A stretch of DNA of 57,186 nt from a virus. Lineage: Duplodnaviria; Caudoviricetes. The notes below the pieces were generated by a model. The model searched no databases, was not told the origin of the DNA, and worked only from the letters and a program-made list of their open reading frames with translations. The stretch covers positions 1 to 57,186 of IMG/VR virus record IMGVR_UViG_3300044970_001263. One strand, given 5' to 3'. Both the position numbers and the translations under genes were made by a program. Positions 1 through 7,247 of this stretch are shown here, piece by piece. Numbering within the stretch: the first letter of the stretch is position 1; every line of letters starts with the position of its first letter.

Positions 1-82
1 GCGCCCGACGCGCTTATTTGTGCCACCTTGTACCACTTCCTACCACTATATACCCTAAACCCTAACATACCGCCCTGTCTGG

Positions 83-96
83 CGAACATCTGTTCT
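83..96. promoter_or_regulatory. LexA-type (Gram-positive/Chloroflexi) SOS box
   Basis: CGAAC-ATCT-GTTCT, between an A and a B box. Confidence 0.6.
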
Positions 97-241
97 ATTT
101 GGTCTGACCCTAGAACCTAACACGCCTGCGCGGGTCGGGATATTCTGATGGTCGCCCCTTGTAGGGGTGTGTGAGGATATAGGGACAGGGGGAGAGCACG
201 AGTACTCATACCAGACTGACCCTAGAACCTAACACGCCTAC

Positions 242-257
242 TAGAACAGGTGTTCTA
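242..257. promoter_or_regulatory. LexA-type SOS box
   Basis: TAGAAC-AGGT-GTTCTA, between two B boxes. Confidence 0.6.
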
Positions 258-349
258 TTCCTACTGACCCTAGACCCTAACACATCCCCCATAGGGAATA
301 GGCAGAGCGGGGGTAGGAGTCCCCGCCCTGCCTTGTATCTAGTGTATCC

Positions 350-514
350 CTAGTATCCTGCCTCTTTGAGGAAGTCTAGGAACTTTATGGTTGCCGCCGA
401 TTTCGTGTAGAAGTAGTAGACCTGCTTTACATAGTCTCCCTGATCGGAGATATAGGTCAGTACCCACGAGCCGTTGGCATTCTTGTATACGCTGATGTCT
501 CTCTTGTATGCCAT
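350..514 (-). CDS. Small hypothetical protein (54 aa, MAYKRDISVYKNANGSW...)
   Basis: Translated by hand. AGGAGG RBS, A box at 561, GC hairpin at ~300-332 after the stop. Confidence 0.8.
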   Translation of the reverse strand: MAYKRDISVYKNANGSWVLTYISDQGDYVKQVYYFYTKSAATIKFLDFLKEAGY

Positions 515-694
515 ACCTTGTGCCTCCTATCTTGTGGAGAGGATCTCTCTCCTACCATATACCCTAAACCCTAACATACCGCCTGTCAAGCCCTGACCCT
601 AGAACCTAACACATCTAGACAACAGGAGCGAGCAGGGGGCTCTCTTGTCCCCCTGCTCCCTTGCCTGCCCCGCCTTTATACGCGGGGTGTGTTG

Positions 695-991
695 TTAGGC
701 TCGCGCTACGCCTTGCCGTACCACGCTCTGATGGCGGCTGGTTGTGTGGCTGTACTTCTCCGCTGGTACAACCCACTCCCCGCGCTTTGTGTACCACGCG
801 ATCGGTGTGGCGTAAGAGTAGACAACATATGCCAACTCTCCCGCCGTTGCGTCTGCTAGGTACAACTCTGCCGCCCTGCCGTAGATTTGCCCTGTACCGC
901 TTGGGCTGCGGGTTGCCCAGATGCTGTTGCCTCTAAACTCTGCCCGCTGTGCCACCTTACCAATGGCATCGTGCCGTGTAGTGTATCCCAT
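695..991 (-). CDS. Hypothetical phage early protein (98 aa)
   Basis: RBS AGGAGG before MGYTT. The YVVYSYATPIAW...SHTTSRHQ pattern is familiar from small phage proteins. Confidence 0.8.
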   Translation of the reverse strand: MGYTTRHDAIGKVAQRAEFRGNSIWATRSPSGTGQIYGRAAELYLADATAGELAYVVYSYATPIAWYTKRGEWVVPAEKYSHTTSRHQSVVRQGVARA

Positions 992-1187
992 TTGTTGCCT
1001 CCTACTTTGTGGAGAGATTGTCTCTCCTATCATATACCCTAAACCCTAACATACCCGCCAGCCCCGCTATTGTCTGGCTCGTGCGTGATCTACTTAGTCC
1101 ATATATCCTCCTTCTCTTTCTTTCCTACCATATACCCTAGATCCTAACAGAGCAACCTGCCCCTAAACCCTAACACATCCAATAGAT

Positions 1188-1420
1188 AAAAGCAAGAGGA
1201 GCCAACCCCGTCGGGCTGGCTCCTCTTGATCGGGCTGATTCTGGCTCCCCCGTCGGGATAACCCTCCTCGCCGCCCTACGACTCCCAGACTTACAGCGTC
1301 TGCCCTAGTCGCCATCGCGTTGCCGTGCCTCTCTTCATCCCGCAGTTATGGTCGCGGCTGACTGATCGCTCGTCTAACAGCCTCACCATCGGTGGAGAGT
1401 TCCTAGGATCTCTCCTCCTA
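1188..1420 (-). ncRNA. Candidate structured small RNA (promoter box to terminator, no well-initiated ORF)
   Basis: A boxes at 1427 and 1498, several hairpins, strong terminator at 1188-1228. Only a 32-codon ORF without a properly spaced RBS. Confidence 0.45.
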
Positions 1421-1560
1421 ACATATACCCTAGATCCTAACAGACCTAGTGTATCTGCTGGTTGAGAGGGATTCTATCCCCTCTCTTCCTACTATATACC
1501 CTAGATCCTAACAGACCACTATGACCCTAGAACCTAACACATCAAATAAAACAAAATAAA

Positions 1561-1578
1561 ATAGAACAAATGTTCTAT
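1561..1578. promoter_or_regulatory. LexA-type SOS box
   Basis: ATAGAAC-AAAT-GTTCTAT, between B box 1524 and inverted box 1585. Confidence 0.6.
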
Positions 1579-1631
1579 TCGGTGTGTTAGCATCTAGGGT
1601 CGGGGGGAGAGTCGCCCCTCCCCCCTTCCTC

Positions 1632-1904
1632 CTAGAAGTGTGGATCTAGGTAGTCTTGCCCGATCCCGATTGCGAGATAGTGCCCGCCCAGTTCGCCGTG
1701 ATACCCATACTTTTCGTCGTACTTGATCTTGGCTCGGTGAACATTCTGACCACGCTTGATTACCGCGTACTTGACCCCGATACCCCACTTCTTGCTCTTG
1801 CGCCCGTTAGCGTACGGGATCAGTTCCGTGATCTCGTATGCGTATGAGTCTGACCCTACGCACAGGGTGGCAGGCATCCCTACCGCGATCTCCGTTTGTT
1901 TCAT
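1632..1904 (-). CDS. Hypothetical phage protein (90 aa)
   Basis: AGGAGGT RBS, A/B boxes upstream, GC hairpin downstream. Confidence 0.85.
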   Translation of the reverse strand: MKQTEIAVGMPATLCVGSDSYAYEITELIPYANGRKSKKWGIGVKYAVIKRGQNVHRAKIKYDEKYGYHGELGGHYLAIGIGQDYLDPHF

Positions 1905-2007
1905 CTCCTACCTCCTATCTTTCTGAGGGGTGTTTCCCTCACCATATACCCTAAACCCTAACAGACCTATCTGACCCTAGATCCTAACACACCGCTGAAA
2001 TACAAAC

Positions 2008-2021
2008 AGAACAGATGTTCT
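2008..2021. promoter_or_regulatory. LexA-type SOS box
   Basis: AGAAC-AGAT-GTTCT, between B box 1974 and inverted box 2044. Confidence 0.6.
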
Positions 2022-2090
2022 ATATTCAGGGTATTCGTAGGCGTGTTAGATTGTAGGGTCGGGGGGAGGTCGCTCCTCCCCCCTTTCCCC

Positions 2091-2252
2091 CTAGTTCTTT
2101 CGGTTTTCCAGTTCCTTCCAGATGATTTCGCGCATCATATACCAGACCCAGTACTGCTTGTCGTCCTTGTTTTCGTTCAGTACCTTTTCCAGTTCCACCA
2201 GTTCGGCTCGGAGATCCGCCTCCGTTGCCTCAGGGTTGATTCTGAGTCCCAT
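2091..2252 (-). CDS. Small helical hypothetical protein (53 aa)
   Basis: AGGAGG RBS before MGLRINP, A/B boxes upstream. Confidence 0.8.
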   Translation of the reverse strand: MGLRINPEATEADLRAELVELEKVLNENKDDKQYWVWYMMREIIWKELENRKN

Positions 2253-2464
2253 CTTTTTCCTCCTACCTTCTCTCTTGTTTCTCTCTGAGGGAGCGACCCT
2301 CACCATATACCCTGAACCCTAACATAGCAACCTGACCCTAGATCCTAACACACCAAAAAATAGAAATAAACAAATAAATCTAAGAGGTCTGACCCTAGAA
2401 CCTAACACACCTGCCAATAATCGGCAGAGACTGGCAGCCCCTGCCAGCCCCTGCCGATTCTCTC

Positions 2465-2803
2465 CTAGATTGTGATCGTCTCTCCCTTTCGGAGATCGTA
2501 GATCGCCATCTGGCGATTCTCTCGCCCTAGATTCAGCGCGTCTCTCTTGTTGCGGATGATTGTCGTCGGATCCAGATGGATCGTCTCACCATCAACCCAC
2601 GCTCCCAGATGACGCGTCCCGAAGCGATGCCAGATCAGAAACATCGCTTGACGGATTGTCGTCTCCGTCGCCGTGATCGGCAGACGAATCGCCGTCTCGC
2701 TTGTTGCGCCTACGGCGTAGCCTCGCTTTGGCGAGACCGCTACCATCGTGCGGCTCCTGATCGTTGCGCCCCCATTGCTGAGGATTGTCTCTCTGAGTCC
2801 CAT
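2465..2803 (-). CDS. Conserved phage protein, possibly SAM-lyase-like
   Basis: RBS and boxes present. The GGAT...GYAV...LGAW...ALNLGRENRQMAIYDL pattern loosely resembles T3 SAMase-type proteins; the function is inferred. Confidence 0.6.
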   Translation of the reverse strand: MGLRETILSNGGATIRSRTMVAVSPKRGYAVGATSETAIRLPITATETTIRQAMFLIWHRFGTRHLGAWVDGETIHLDPTTIIRNKRDALNLGRENRQMAIYDLRKGETITI

Positions 2804-2947
2804 ATTCTCCTCCTACTATCTCTGAGGGTATCTCCCTCACCATATACCCTGAATCCTAACAGACCTGCCTGACCCTAGAACCTAACACATCGCATAAATG
2901 GAAAAAGGGAGAGGCTGAGGGGTGTCGTCCCCAGCCTCTCCCTTGTA

Positions 2948-3187
2948 TCAGGCGACCTTCTTGGCGAGGAGCCTCGTGGCTCCAAAATCCCACCAGCCGT
3001 CGCCTCGTGCTTGATCGTTCACCAGCAGCCGCCCTGCGATAATGAGAGCCTTGCTCTTGTATTCACCAGCAGCCGCTGCCGTTGCGATTCTGAGCACCTG
3101 CTCTGATGGAGCCTGATTCGTGAGAGCCCTGCCGTGTCGTGCGCTCTTCCCGAACCCAGCCCATCGCTTCATTCCCCAGACCTTCAT
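2948..3187 (-). CDS. Hypothetical basic protein (79 aa)
   Basis: AGGAGG RBS, boxes upstream, terminator at 2902-2944. Confidence 0.8.
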   Translation of the reverse strand: MKVWGMKRWAGFGKSARHGRALTNQAPSEQVLRIATAAAAGEYKSKALIIAGRLLVNDQARGDGWWDFGATRLLAKKVA

Positions 3188-3372
3188 CTTACGCCTCCTA
3201 CCTTGTGGAGTCTCTTGTGAGCCTCCTACCTTATACCCTGAATCCTAACAGAGCGATCTGACCCTAGAACCTAACACACCTCCCAGAACCCAGCCCTGAC
3301 CCTAGAACCTAACACACCGAATAAACAAAAAAAGGCGAGAGGGTACGCTGACCCTCCCGCCTCTTGTTGATC

Positions 3373-3558
3373 TCAGATCTTGCGATAGTGATCCCGAAGG
3401 ATCTCGTCTACCTGATCCGCGATGAAGTAGACCACCACCAGAACCCCTAGACCTGTGAACCCTCCGATAATCCCGCCTGCGATACCTTGTAGCGTGTATC
3501 CTGCTGCTGCTCCTGCTACCAGAGAGCCTACCATCAGGAGCGTATCCTTCGTGCTCAT
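3373..3558 (-). CDS. Gly-rich small membrane protein, paralog of 52510-52707
   Basis: GxxxG-rich hydrophobic segments and a shared TKDTL N-terminus. RBS, boxes and terminator (~3327-3363) present. Confidence 0.85.
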   Translation of the reverse strand: MSTKDTLLMVGSLVAGAAAGYTLQGIAGGIIGGFTGLGVLVVVYFIADQVDEILRDHYRKI

Positions 3559-3664
3559 TTCTTGATCCTCCTACTATCTGGAGCCTCTAAGTGAGCCTCC
3601 TACCCTATACCCTGAACCCTAACAGAGCAGGCTGACCCTAGAACCTAACACACCGAAAAAGAGC

Positions 3665-3708
3665 AAAAAAAAAGAGAGACCAGAGCAGCCCCGCCGCTCT
3701 GGTCTCTC
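3665..3708 (-). terminator. Intrinsic terminator of the sigma-like gene
   Basis: GAGAGACCAGAGC...GCTCTGGTCTCTC stem followed by a T9 run on minus. Confidence 0.85.
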
Positions 3709-3734
3709 TCTGGCTGATCTCTCAGCCTCAGCCG

Positions 3735-4382
3735 TTAGTCTCGGCTGCTGTGAGGATCCTTACCCTCGGTGCGCTTCATTGCGCGGCTGACCGCCATATG
3801 AATCGCTTCCACGCTGAAGATCTCGCCCTGCTCAGCGAGCAGAGCCTGAATCTTTTTCGCGTAGCCATAATGCTTGCCACCTACCTGCTGAAGCAGGCTC
3901 AGCACGCGCTGATCATTCAGCGCGCCGCGCTCAGCGTTAGCGGCTCCCTGAGCCGCCTTATCGGATCCGTGAGCCTGAGCCGCTGCCTGAACGCGAGCCG
4001 CTGAAACCTGCTCAGCGAGCGTACCCTCAGCGATCCAACGCTCAGCCTGAGCGCGCTCAGCCGCGCTCAGCCCTGAGATAAATGAGCCGCGCTCATCAGC
4101 GATAGTCTCGCCGATTGTGAGCCCATCCTCTGAGCCTACTTTCGCGCTGAGATACGCGAAAGAAATCTCCTGCTGAACGCCCCCGAAGGAGCCGCGCTCT
4201 GCTCTAAGAGCCGCACGCGCTGCCTTGATAGCAGCAGCAGGATCCAGAGCGGGATTCTCCACAATCAGGAGAGCCGCCTCTTGGATCAGATCCTCTTGCG
4301 AGGCTGAGCCATTCAGCCCCCCGAAATATGAAGCAGCCTCAGCCTTGAGGCTCTTGTAAATGGAACCGAAATCCTGAGCCAT
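3735..4382 (-). CDS. Divergent sigma-70-like transcription factor
   Basis: EDLIQEAALL resembles region 2.2. S.KVGSEDGLTIGETIAD resembles region 3.2. C-terminal AKKIQALL...SVEAIHMAVSRAMKR resembles the region 4 HTH. Confidence 0.65.
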   Translation of the reverse strand: MAQDFGSIYKSLKAEAASYFGGLNGSASQEDLIQEAALLIVENPALDPAAAIKAARAALRAERGSFGGVQQEISFAYLSAKVGSEDGLTIGETIADERGSFISGLSAAERAQAERWIAEGTLAEQVSAARVQAAAQAHGSDKAAQGAANAERGALNDQRVLSLLQQVGGKHYGYAKKIQALLAEQGEIFSVEAIHMAVSRAMKRTEGKDPHSSRD

Positions 4383-4457
4383 TCTCAGAATCTCCTCTCT
4401 CCCCTATCAGAGCGGCGGGGAGCCGCATCAGAGAGGGGATCCCTCTCCGATAAGAGA

Positions 4458-4468
4458 AGCATACCACA
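4458..4468 (-). promoter_or_regulatory. Host-type extended -10 promoter for the sigma-like gene
   Basis: TGTGG-TATGCT on minus, no phage box upstream, stem-loop at ~4431-4447 just downstream. Confidence 0.55.
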
Positions 4469-4486
4469 AAAGCAGAGAGCGCAACT

Positions 4487-4563
4487 CTGCGAATCCCGCA
4501 ACAGCCCACGAGGGGAGACCTGCGGAATCCGCAAGAATCAGCCAGAATCCTGCGATATCCGCA
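4487..4563. repeat. Three CTGCG-N4-CCGCA quasi-palindromes
   Basis: Copies at 4487-4500, 4520-4533 and 4550-4563, spaced 33 and 30 bp. Confidence 0.75.
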
Positions 4564-4734
4564 GAATGCGCCCCCCCTCCGCTACGCTCCACAGCCAGCG
4601 CGGGGGACCCTATTTAGTACCTAGAGGAAATATACACAGAATCCCAAATATTATATAAGAAGAAACTTATACTGTAACACACCACATGTCTTTGCAAGAC
4701 CGTGCGCAAAGACGCAAAAATAAAAAAACGCCAA

Positions 4735-4946
4735 AGACTAATCTAACCCAGGCTAACCCAGTGGTCTCTCTCTGGAACGCTCTCTGGAACTTCTGTGCTC
4801 CCTCTCTCCCTCAAAAGAAAATACAGAGGGCTCACGCTTAATCTATAAGTTTAACTATTATATGAGACCAAAATAGCCCAAAAAAGCGCGTATAGAGTGA
4901 AGGGTTAAAGTCAGTACAGTAGACTAATCTAACCCAGTAAACCCAG
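4735..4946 (+). repeat. Direct repeat AGACTAATCTAACCCAG with a second AACCCAG unit
   Basis: Copies at 4735-4761 and 4921-4946. CTCTCTGGAAC also occurs twice at ~4768-4790. Confidence 0.75.
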
Positions 4947-4971
4947 CTAGTAGTCTAATGGGAGTAGAGTT

Positions 4972-5442
4972 ATGAGGCATCCAGATTGGTTTTCCACCTT
5001 ACCATTTAGTGTGGTATGTGAGAAGGGCATGACGAAGGACTACCTCAAGCGATACAAGCCAGCTCTGCTTATATTAGCGAGGGCGGTCACAAACGAAAAA
5101 ATTTTGCTGCGCCTGGTCAGGCTGCATTACCACGAAAGCGAGTACTGCCGAGACGCAGGGTTCGCCGAGGACTGGGTGCACAAGATCACGCTATGCTCCG
5201 CCGACATTGATACGGCACTCCACGAGCTAGCCCACGTCGCCACGCACTCCGAGCATTCGAAGCGCTGGGCGAAGTTCCTATTCCGACTGCACAAGAAGTA
5301 CATGTCACCAATCCAGTGCCAGCGCTGGGACTTGCGGGTTGCCCGCGACTACCCCACCGCAGCACGGTACTATAAGCGGCGCTACAAGCGGGAACCAAGC
5401 CCGTTCCGCAAGCGCCAGAAACAAGAGACACCAGATGTCTGA
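4972..5442 (+). CDS. HExxH (SprT/zincin-like) putative metalloprotease
   Basis: ALHELAHVATHSEHSKRW motif; start codon uncertain. Confidence 0.6.
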   Translation: MRHPDWFSTLPFSVVCEKGMTKDYLKRYKPALLILARAVTNEKILLRLVRLHYHESEYCRDAGFAEDWVHKITLCSADIDTALHELAHVATHSEHSKRWAKFLFRLHKKYMSPIQCQRWDLRVARDYPTAARYYKRRYKREPSPFRKRQKQETPDV

Positions 5443-5998
5443 TGAGACAATCGTTTCAAAAACCCAGGGTCAGATCCGTCGTGGTCGACCATCTGGGGCA
5501 CGAAATAAGCCAAAGCTTGATACCCAGCAGCTCAATGAGCTCAAGGACAAGGTTGGCAGGTTCCTCCCGCAGGCAGACTGGAACTACCTCGCAGGCGTGT
5601 TGGAGGGGACGGATAAACCAGTTCTTGAGAAAGATCTGGACATCTTCCTGACCCTTCAGCTCAAAGCCCTCTTGCCACAACTGGCGCAAGAGATTGAGGG
5701 TGGACAGCTGACAAAGGAGGCGACACAGCGCTCGAGCACCATCAAAGAACTTCTCGCTCTGCGATTCCAAATGGAAAAGCACGAGAAGGGCGAAGATACG
5801 CCGAATGCCGTGACGTTTATACAAAATGTCTTTGAATCCCGTGGAATTGATCAAGCCCGTCTCGCAACTCTCTCAGGAGGATTTGGCGGGTCTATTGAAG
5901 GTGTCGCCCGCGCTGTACCTGGAACTGCTCACGCAGACGAAAGGGGAGCCGACGAAACTGGAACCCTACCAGGTGAACTTCCTGAACGATCGGAGTAA
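5435..5998 (+). CDS. Putative terminase small subunit
   Basis: Directly before TerL. GRPSGARNK motif is typical of TerS N-termini. Confidence 0.6.
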   Translation: MSDETIVSKTQGQIRRGRPSGARNKPKLDTQQLNELKDKVGRFLPQADWNYLAGVLEGTDKPVLEKDLDIFLTLQLKALLPQLAQEIEGGQLTKEATQRSSTIKELLALRFQMEKHEKGEDTPNAVTFIQNVFESRGIDQARLATLSGGFGGSIEGVARAVPGTAHADERGADETGTLPGELPERSE

Positions 5999-7247
5999 GT
6001 TCCGCATTGTCGCTAAGTCGCGGCAGATCGGCTTCTCCTATATCATTTCTGGGGAAGGTCTCCACAACATCTCTACCAATGCTGGCAAGAAGGTCAACTA
6101 CGTTTCCATCAATCAGAAGGAAGCGTCGGACAAGATCAGTTACGCCAAGCAATTCTACTATTCAATCCCAGAGCAGTCTGGCTTCAGGGCTCCCGTCTAC
6201 ACGTCGGCAGAGTTCGAGTTCAGTCTGCACAACCACCCTAATACGTCATACATGATCAGCCAGCCCGCCTCTGCTGCGGTCCGTGGCGGCGAGAAAGATG
6301 TCTACTTCGATGAGTTCGCGTTTATTCGTGACGCTCGAAAGCTCTATGACGCTGCTATCCCTGCGACCACGCGAGGCAATGGGCGACTGACCGTTGTATC
6401 TACACCTCTCGGACAAAGCGGTCTCTTTTTTGAGATGGCGAACGATCGGGCTCGCTACCCAGAATACTCAGTGCACATTGTGCCCTGGTGGGAATGCTCC
6501 ATTATGTCCATCGATCCAGCCGAGAGTACGGCGCTTGCGCCAGACTTCGATACCGACCAGCGCGTCAAGCGTTGGGGAACGGATTCGATCAAGTCGATTT
6601 ACAATAACATGGGTCTCGACGCGTTCCAACAGGAGTACGAGTGCTCCTTCGCGGATGAGTCGGTCAACTTTTACCCATGGGGTTTGATTGTTAACTGTGT
6701 AGACGACGAACTTAATCAGCAAAACTATGATCCATCGCTCAGTTACGTTATAGGAATTGACATTGCCAAGAAGATCGACAAGACCGTAGTTACGGTCGCC
6801 ACTGTCGATGACGAGACTGGCAATATCACCATCCACAAGACATTTGAGACACAGGATGACTATAGTAAACAAGTTGAGTTCTTCAACAACCTTATTGCAG
6901 ACATTAAGCCTAACCGAGTTACCATTGACGCTACTGGCGTTGGTGGTGTTATTGCGGAGCAGCTAGTCGCCAAGCACGGCGGTATTGTGGAGGCTGTGAC
7001 CTTCACCAATGCCAACAAGGAACGATGGGCAACCACGTTCAAGGGCGATATGCAGATGGGCAAAGTGCGCTTCCCACGTAAGCGCGAACTTCTCGCTGAG
7101 ATCCACGCGATCGAGCGCAAGAAGACTGAAGCTGGCAACTACCAATTCAAAGCCCGCTCTGATGGGCACGACGACTATTTCTGGTCGGCGATGCTCGCAA
7201 TCTATGGCATGGGTCGCAAGGCTCCTGCCATCAACTTTGCATGGTAG
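5826..7247 (+). CDS. terL: Terminase large subunit
   Basis: KSRQIGFS Walker A, YFDEFAF Walker B, VSTP coupling motif, GIDIA and HDDYFWS nuclease motifs. Confidence 0.95.
   Translation: MSLNPVELIKPVSQLSQEDLAGLLKVSPALYLELLTQTKGEPTKLEPYQVNFLNDRSKFRIVAKSRQIGFSYIISGEGLHNISTNAGKKVNYVSINQKEASDKISYAKQFYYSIPEQSGFRAPVYTSAEFEFSLHNHPNTSYMISQPASAAVRGGEKDVYFDEFAFIRDARKLYDAAIPATTRGNGRLTVVSTPLGQSGLFFEMANDRARYPEYSVHIVPWWECSIMSIDPAESTALAPDFDTDQRVKRWGTDSIKSIYNNMGLDAFQQEYECSFADESVNFYPWGLIVNCVDDELNQQNYDPSLSYVIGIDIAKKIDKTVVTVATVDDETGNITIHKTFETQDDYSKQVEFFNNLIADIKPNRVTIDATGVGGVIAEQLVAKHGGIVEAVTFTNANKERWATTFKGDMQMGKVRFPRKRELLAEIHAIERKKTEAGNYQFKARSDGHDDYFWSAMLAIYGMGRKAPAINFAW

Larger units (their letters stand above)
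45..3651 (-). promoter_or_regulatory. Array of 16-bp core boxes TGTTAGG-N4-AGGGT, left part of the early arm
   Basis: Plus-strand core is ACCCTRRWNCCTAACA-like. Type A (followed on minus by A-TAnnnT) starts at 52, 561, 1036, 1134, 1427, 1498, 1948, 2309, 2846, 3235, 3609. Type B (followed by CA[G/T]) starts at 107, 219, 267, 596, 1160, 1524, 1974, 2335, 2392, 2872, 3261, 3299, 3635. Inverted degenerate copies at 1585 and 2044. Confidence 0.9.

Noticed and set aside
52-67. Telomeric repeats (CCCTAAA/CCCTAA)
   Set aside because: There are never more than two units, the middle bases vary between copies, and the copies sit at gene starts. The resemblance is probably coincidental.
1280-1310. tRNA-Tyr-like anticodon arm (GCAGAC..TGTAA..TCTG on minus)
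   Set aside because: No D or T arm and no acceptor stem could be built; no tRNA gene is supported.
45-3651. CRISPR array or true integron
   Set aside because: Spacing is irregular and contains whole genes. There is no cas operon, no tyrosine recombinase and no attC-type palindrome. The Cas4-like gene sits in the replication operon, as is usual for phages.
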